Under the pieces are notes generated by a model. The model ran no database searches. It was not told where the DNA came from and saw only the letters and a program-made list of their open reading frames with translations. A stretch of 64,000 nt of DNA from the NCBI RefSeq assembly GCF_009914755.1, contig NC_060937.1; one strand, given 5' to 3'. Source of the stretch: the human T2T-CHM13v2.0 reference genome, Homo sapiens. A program made the position numbers and the translations under genes. This document shows, in pieces, positions 58,204-64,000 of this stretch (positions are counted from its first letter, which is position 1; each line of letters begins with the position of its first letter).

Positions 58204-58658
58204 TGTTGTAGGTTGAATTATATTCCCCCAAAAGATAGGTTGCAGTCCTAACCCATGATACCGATGGTGTGATCATATTTGGCAATACAGCCTTTGCAGA
58301 TATAATCACATTAAGATGAAGTCATGCTGGAGTAGGTTGGGCCCTTAATCTAATATGACTGCTGCTCTTATATGAAGAGGAGAATAAGAGACACAGAGGC
58401 AGGCAAATAGGGAGAGGTTATGTGACAATGGAGACAGAATTTAAAGTCTATAGGCTAAGGAACACCAAGGACTGCCAGCAACTGTAGCAACTAAGAGGAA
58501 GGCATGAGACAGATCTCCCCATAGAGCCTTCAGAAAGAGAAAGGCCCTATCAACATCTTAGACTCCTAGTCCCTAGAACTGTGAGAGAATACATTTTTGT
58601 TATTTTAAGCCGCAGAGTTTGCAGTGATTTGTTATGGCAGCTCTTGGAAACCAATACA
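58204..58658 (+). mobile_element. MLT1 (B/C-like) solo LTR
   Basis: tgttgtaggttgaattatattcccccaaaagat...ctagaactgtgagagaatacatttttgttattttaagcc...ggaaaccaataca. Confidence 0.9.
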
Positions 58659-59810
58659 AGGACTGAGATGTTTTCTGATTTATCATCACCCTCACCTTAA
58701 ATGTAATAGCATCAATGTACTGTGTACCCGGTATGTTCCTGGCACCATGCTAAGCATAAGCATAATGTCATATCTAATTTAATCCTCACCAGCCATTCCA
58801 ACCTTCTAGCATAATTTTCTCTGATGTACATATCAGGATACTAAATATTGGTGAGGTTGAATCTGCCCTAGTAAAAAGTAGACCTTGATATGAATCCAAA
58901 TGGATAAAAAAATTCTAAAACCAGTGCTACAAACCACTACACTATATTCCCTGTTACTAAAGGAGTATGATTGTCTTCCTTGCTTTTCCTTCCTGGCTGA
59001 TGTAACATTTTGAAGATTATAGTTTCTGTCTAGTATTCTGACTTCTTTTTTAATAGGATGAAAGTTATCATTATTCTTTCCCCATACTCGATTCCATTTC
59101 TAACATGGGTAACATCCTCTGTTTTTACTATCCCTTCTCACTTCCCTTTTCTAGATAGATTTTGTTCACTAGTAAAGCTACAAAATCAGATTCGGAGAAA
59201 TCTTGTTACTATATGTTTGTGTCTTTGAGAAAGAGTACAGGTTAGAACAACTTACCTGAAGCTTTTCGGGGAGAGGTGAGTCTAGCAAGACATAAATATG
59301 CTGTGTCTGCTTTTCCTTCAAGTCATAATTTGGTTCAAAAATTATTCTTGGCTGAAACAAGAAGCAATAATCAAATTTCTTGGCTCCAGGCCGTAAGACA
59401 AAGTTTTGAAAAGCTTCTAAGGTGACCTAAACCTTTTGGCATGATTGAATCTGGAAAAGGAGAAGCCCTAGAACTACTTTCCCTTTCATTTTGGCTATTT
59501 GATTGATAGTTGAAACACGAATTCTTATGTCATAGGTAAATACAAAATACCTCATAGTTTATTTTATAATCTATAAATCACTTTTATACATATTGTCTCA
59601 TTGGATTCTCACACACTTTGGATATCTAGGCCGGGCAGATATTATTTTTCTCATTTCAGAGATGAGAAAATACTTGTGTAAGAGAAGGTATGTTTTCCTT
59701 AAGATCACATAGACAGTAAACATAAGTGGGATTAGAACTGGAATACTGTGGTTTCTAACTTGTCCAGTTAAATTTTATAAATCGTTGCAACTTAGTAATA
59801 CAAATTATCC

Positions 59811-61910
59811 AATTCAACATAGTATTAGAAGTCCCATTTTTGCCCAGCCTTGACCCAAACACAGAAGAGTCTCTCTTCAAATTTCCTCAAAAGAATGTAC
59901 TTAATGCCCTAAAGAAAGAGTGAGGAACATCAATTTCACTGATTATTCCATTGGGGAGTTTTAGGGCAGAAGCTGAGAATAGGGAGTAAAAAGAAAAAGA
60001 CACAAAGGACATTGAAATAGAGAGGAAGTCAAACTATCTCTATTTGCAGATGACATGATTCTATAGGTAGAAAACTGCATAGTCTTGGCCCAAAAGCTTT
60101 TTCAGCTGATAAACAACTTCAGCAAAGTTTCAGGATACAAAATGCACAAAAATCTCTTGGGTTATTATACACCAACAACAGCCAAGAGCCAAATCAGGAA
60201 TGCAATCGCATTCATGATTGCCACAAAAAGGATAAAATACCTAGGAATACAGCTAACTAGGGAGGTGAAAGATCTCTAAAATAAGGATTACAAAACACTG
60301 CTGAAATAAATCAGAGGACACAAATGAAAAACATCCCATGCTCATGGATAGGAAGAATCAGTATCATTAAAATGACCATATTGCCCAAAGCAATGTACTG
60401 ATTAAATGCTATTTCTGTCAAATCACCAATGATATTCTTCACAGAACTAGTAAAAACTGTTTTAGAATTCAAAAAAGAGCACAAATAGCCAAGGCAATCC
60501 TAAGCAAAAAAAACAAAGCTGGAGGCATCATGTTACCTGACTTCAAACTATACCACAGGGCTACAGTAACTAAAACAGCACTGTACTGATACAAAAAAAC
60601 AGGCACATAGACCGATGAAACAGAATAGATATCCCCAAAATAAGGCCTATGTGCCCACAACTACCTAAACTTCCACAAAGCTGACCAAAAACAAGTGATG
60701 AGAAAATGACTTCTATTCAATAAATTGTGCTGGGATAACTGGTTAGCCATATGCAGAAGATTGAAACTTGATTCCTTCCCTAAACCATGTACAAAAATTA
60801 ACTCAAAATGGATTAAAGACTTAAATGTAAAACCCAAAACTATAAAAGCCCTGGAACACAACCTAGGCAATACTATTCAGTATATAAGAATGGGCAAATT
60901 TCATAAGGAAGATGCCAAAAGCAATCACAACAAAAGCAAACATTGACAAATTGGATCTAATTAAACTCAAGAGTTTCTGTACAGCAAAAGAAATCAACTG
61001 AGTAAACAGGCAACCTACACAATGGGAGAAAACATTTTCAAACTATGCATCTGACAAAGGTCCAGTAATCAGCATCTAAAATAACTTGCAGGAGAAAACC
61101 AACAACTCCACTAAAAAGTGTGCAAAGGACATGAACACTTTTCAAAAGACATACATGTGGCCAAACAAATATTTGAAAAAAACCTCAGTACCACTGATCA
61201 TTAGAGTAATGCAAATCAAAACCACAATGAGGTACTATCTAATACCAGTCAGAGTGGCTATTTTCAAAAAGTCAAAAAATAACAGATGCTGACAAGGTTG
61301 CAGAGAAAAGGGAATGCTTAGACACTGTTGGTGGAAATGTAAATTAGTACAATCATTGTGGAAAGCAGTGTGGCAATTCTTCAAATAGGTAAAAACAAAC
61401 TTTCATTTGATCCAGCAGTCCCATGACTGGGTATATACTCAAGAAATATAAATCATTCTAACATAAAGACACATGCATGTGAATGTTCATTGCAGCACTA
61501 TTCATGATAGGAAACACACGAAATCGGCCTAAATTTTCCATTAATGACACACTGGATAGAGGAAAATGTGGTACATATATACCATGGAATATTATGCAGC
61601 CATAAAAAAGGAGATCATGTCTTTTGCAGTAACATGGATGGGGCTGGAGGACATTATCCTTAGCAAAGTAACTCAAACAGAAAACCAAGTACTGCATGTT
61701 CTCACTTGTAAGTTGGAGCTAACACATGGACCCATGGATGAGAACACATGGACACAGAGGACAATACATACTGGGGCCTATTGGAGGAGGGAGAGGTTCA
61801 GAAGAAATAAATGTTGTGTACTAGGCTTAGTAACTGGGCAATAAAATCTGTACAACAAACACCTGTGATACAAGTTTATATAACAAACCTGCATATGTAC
61901 CCCTGAATCT
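59811..61910 (+). mobile_element. 5'-truncated L1 (late L1PA/L1PB type): ORF2 3' half plus 3' UTR, non-functional
   Basis: ORF2 peptides in the ORF track ([42 protein letters not shown]) in broken frames; 3' UTR ending aacaaacctgcatatgtacccctgaa; contains a foreign 150-bp insert at 59838-59987. Confidence 0.95.
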
Positions 61911-63321
61911 CATAATCCTCATAACCACACTATAGATTTCTAAAATTATTGTTTCACAAACCCCTGGAAAGAGACAGACTTAAAGTTTAAGAGGGTTGAG
62001 TAGGTAGCCTGAGGTTCCATGGATGATAATGGTGGCGAACATTTGAATTTACTACAGAACACACACTCTTAGCTATTTTAGTGCATATGTTCCCCAAAAT
62101 AAGCATTTCTTATGGGAAGGTAAAACCTTGAAATGGTTTACTCGGTGATGATTCACCAGGAAGGTTAATCTTAGCATGGAATCAAACCCAGACTTTCAAT
62201 GAGACAGGTGAGTGGAAAACTGGTATTATTTGAATTAAAAGGGTTATATTTATTTTACATTGAAACTTTAGTTGGGTTCATATTATTTTGGTTCCGAAGT
62301 CACATCCTTTAAATAATCTCTATTTTGATTGAGCACTTAAAGAATTTACTTAAATTTTTATTAAAACCTGTTTGCATAAGCTTTCTTCCCTTCTCAGCAT
62401 TTGCTCAGATACCCTGATGGGCCTGGAAGAGTTGAAATCTTTAAGTGATGACAGCTCTGTCCTGTTAGGTGACAGCTCTCAGGATCTGACAGACAATCCA
62501 ATTGGTGTAACAGTGATCAGACTCTTAAGAAGCTAAAATCACCTTCAAATCACAATGAAATATAATGGGGAAGTTTGGAATAAAAAGTAGCCTGCCAATT
62601 ATTTTTTCTTTCAAATTATTATCTGTACTGACTACATTTTTTTTCCCCACAGTTAAATCTTAGAGATAAACATTTTCATTTTCAGAAAGCAAGGCTGATT
62701 TAGAAACTTTATCTGAATGTTTCATAGTGAGCAAGTTTATTTGGACTCATTTAAAAATTGAATATAAACATCTTATTTAAAAGAGATGCTTGACATAGAA
62801 AATCTTTGCACACTCACCAACAATTTGTTGACTTTTTGGTATAACTCTTAGTACATATTGGAATATTTCATTAAAATCATTTGTCAAGTGGCTTTAAAGT
62901 GAATTTAATCCTTAGAAATACTTAGGGGATTTGTTTGGAATGAGGAAAGACAACCAATGCACTGAGAAATGTTTTCTCCAAATTTGAATGTGTTTGAATT
63001 GTGTTTACTATCATACGTACTATCGATTGAATTTTCAGGGTAACTTTGAATTTTCCAGAGATAACTTAAATAATTTATTCATTTGTAGAATCATTTAGAC
63101 ATTAAATGACTTTCCAGGTTTATTGATCAAAATCTTTTCTTCTCAATCTCAACATATTAAAACAGCTTTTATTAAATTCAACATTGAATGATTACATTAA
63201 TTTGTACTATATGTAAATATGTAGTTAAAAAGCTTAATGTTGAGACAGATCTATAAAATTTTTTTCTTGAAAATTTTATAGTAAAATCTTCAGCTTTTAG
63301 GCTATTTGGTGATTTCTATTG

Positions 63322-63335
63322 GTTGTCCTAGCAAC
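63322..63335. promoter_or_regulatory. RFX X-box-like motif next to an inverted CCAAT box
   Basis: GTTGTCCTAGCAAC versus consensus GTTRCCATRGYAAC; ATTGG at 63318-63322. Confidence 0.4.
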
Positions 63336-64000
63336 CTGCTCTCCATATTTGCTGCATTGATTGGACATGTCTAACTCATTGTTCCTGAGAGTAGACTTTG
63401 ATATAATTGGATGCAGTGTTATAACATCTCTCTATACTGAAGAATTTATTGGTCATCACTGCATAATGATGGGTTTTCTGTGTCCATGTTTTGATTGGGT
63501 CTAGTTATAGATGAAGGGTCAATTTAAATGAAGAGGGACAACTCCTTATTGTTATCAGTGATAATCTGCAGTTGAAAAAAAAAACCCAAAATTTAAAGTG
63601 TGATTAGTTTAGAAAAACAAAACTGGAGTCATGTTCTGATTTTCTTTCCTAGGGCTTCTCTTTTGATATATAACTTTTCTTTCTGTTATATACATTTTTG
63701 TCAGGCTTTTCTTAGTAAAGCAGATCCAAGGTTACATTTAGTCTCCATATCTAACATGAGAATCTCTGGTTTTCCAGGTTTATTCTTAGGATTCAATTAA
63801 TATGGATGCCTTAGTATTCACTGGTAAGGTTTAAAAGAAAAATAATTTGGAACTATTGCCAAGGCCCAAGATGACCTGGGTTAGGGCACTAATATGGGGT
63901 ATATTGCAATACTTGGGATGCTTTTTTGGAGGCTGTGAAAACTCATCCAATTTAGTACCATTCAAGCAGTACCGACTAGTGATTTTAGGGTGCAGGCTTT

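Noticed and set aside
59250-59281. Two strong splice donors on opposite strands within 32 bp (ACTTACCTG and GAG|GTGAGT)
   Set aside because: I could not pair either with a convincing acceptor or exon; likely coincidence.
60085-61844. Reverse-transcriptase-like peptides as a functional gene
   Set aside because: Frameshifted, stop-ridden fragments of a 5'-truncated L1 ORF2.
63363-63372. Perfect p53 half-site GGACATGTCT
   Set aside because: No adjacent second half-site; single decamers are common.

Overview
This is primate (human-like) genomic DNA: AT-rich, CpG-depleted and heavily interspersed with repeats (Alu J/S/Y, L1, L2, MIR, MaLR/ERV1 LTRs, hAT and Tigger DNA transposon fossils). It shows no prokaryotic gene structure, RNA gene or CRISPR array. 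Almost all ORFs in the supplied track are chance frames or lie in repeats. The window opens in what looks like the end of an upstream + strand gene's 3' UTR, with tandem poly(A) signals. The one coherent gene model I can build is a + strand spliced unit (12855-12971, 15385-15462, 15580-15700, 24776-24828). It joins in frame to a 122-aa ORF with one exonised antisense AluJ exon, and is best read as a lineage-specific lncRNA or de novo-type ORF. The most unusual structures are: (i) a ~150-bp inverted copy of 45542-45693 lodged in the 5' end of an L1 14 kb away; (ii) an 88-bp-arm gapless inverted repeat at 33309-33547, with a perfect 25-bp palindrome nearby; (iii) a THE1 LTR with an optimal DUX4 site; and (iv) a long hAT-Charlie transposase fossil. 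I found no convincing new biological system. Repeat names are from memory of consensus sequences, boundaries are approximate, and identities were counted by eye.
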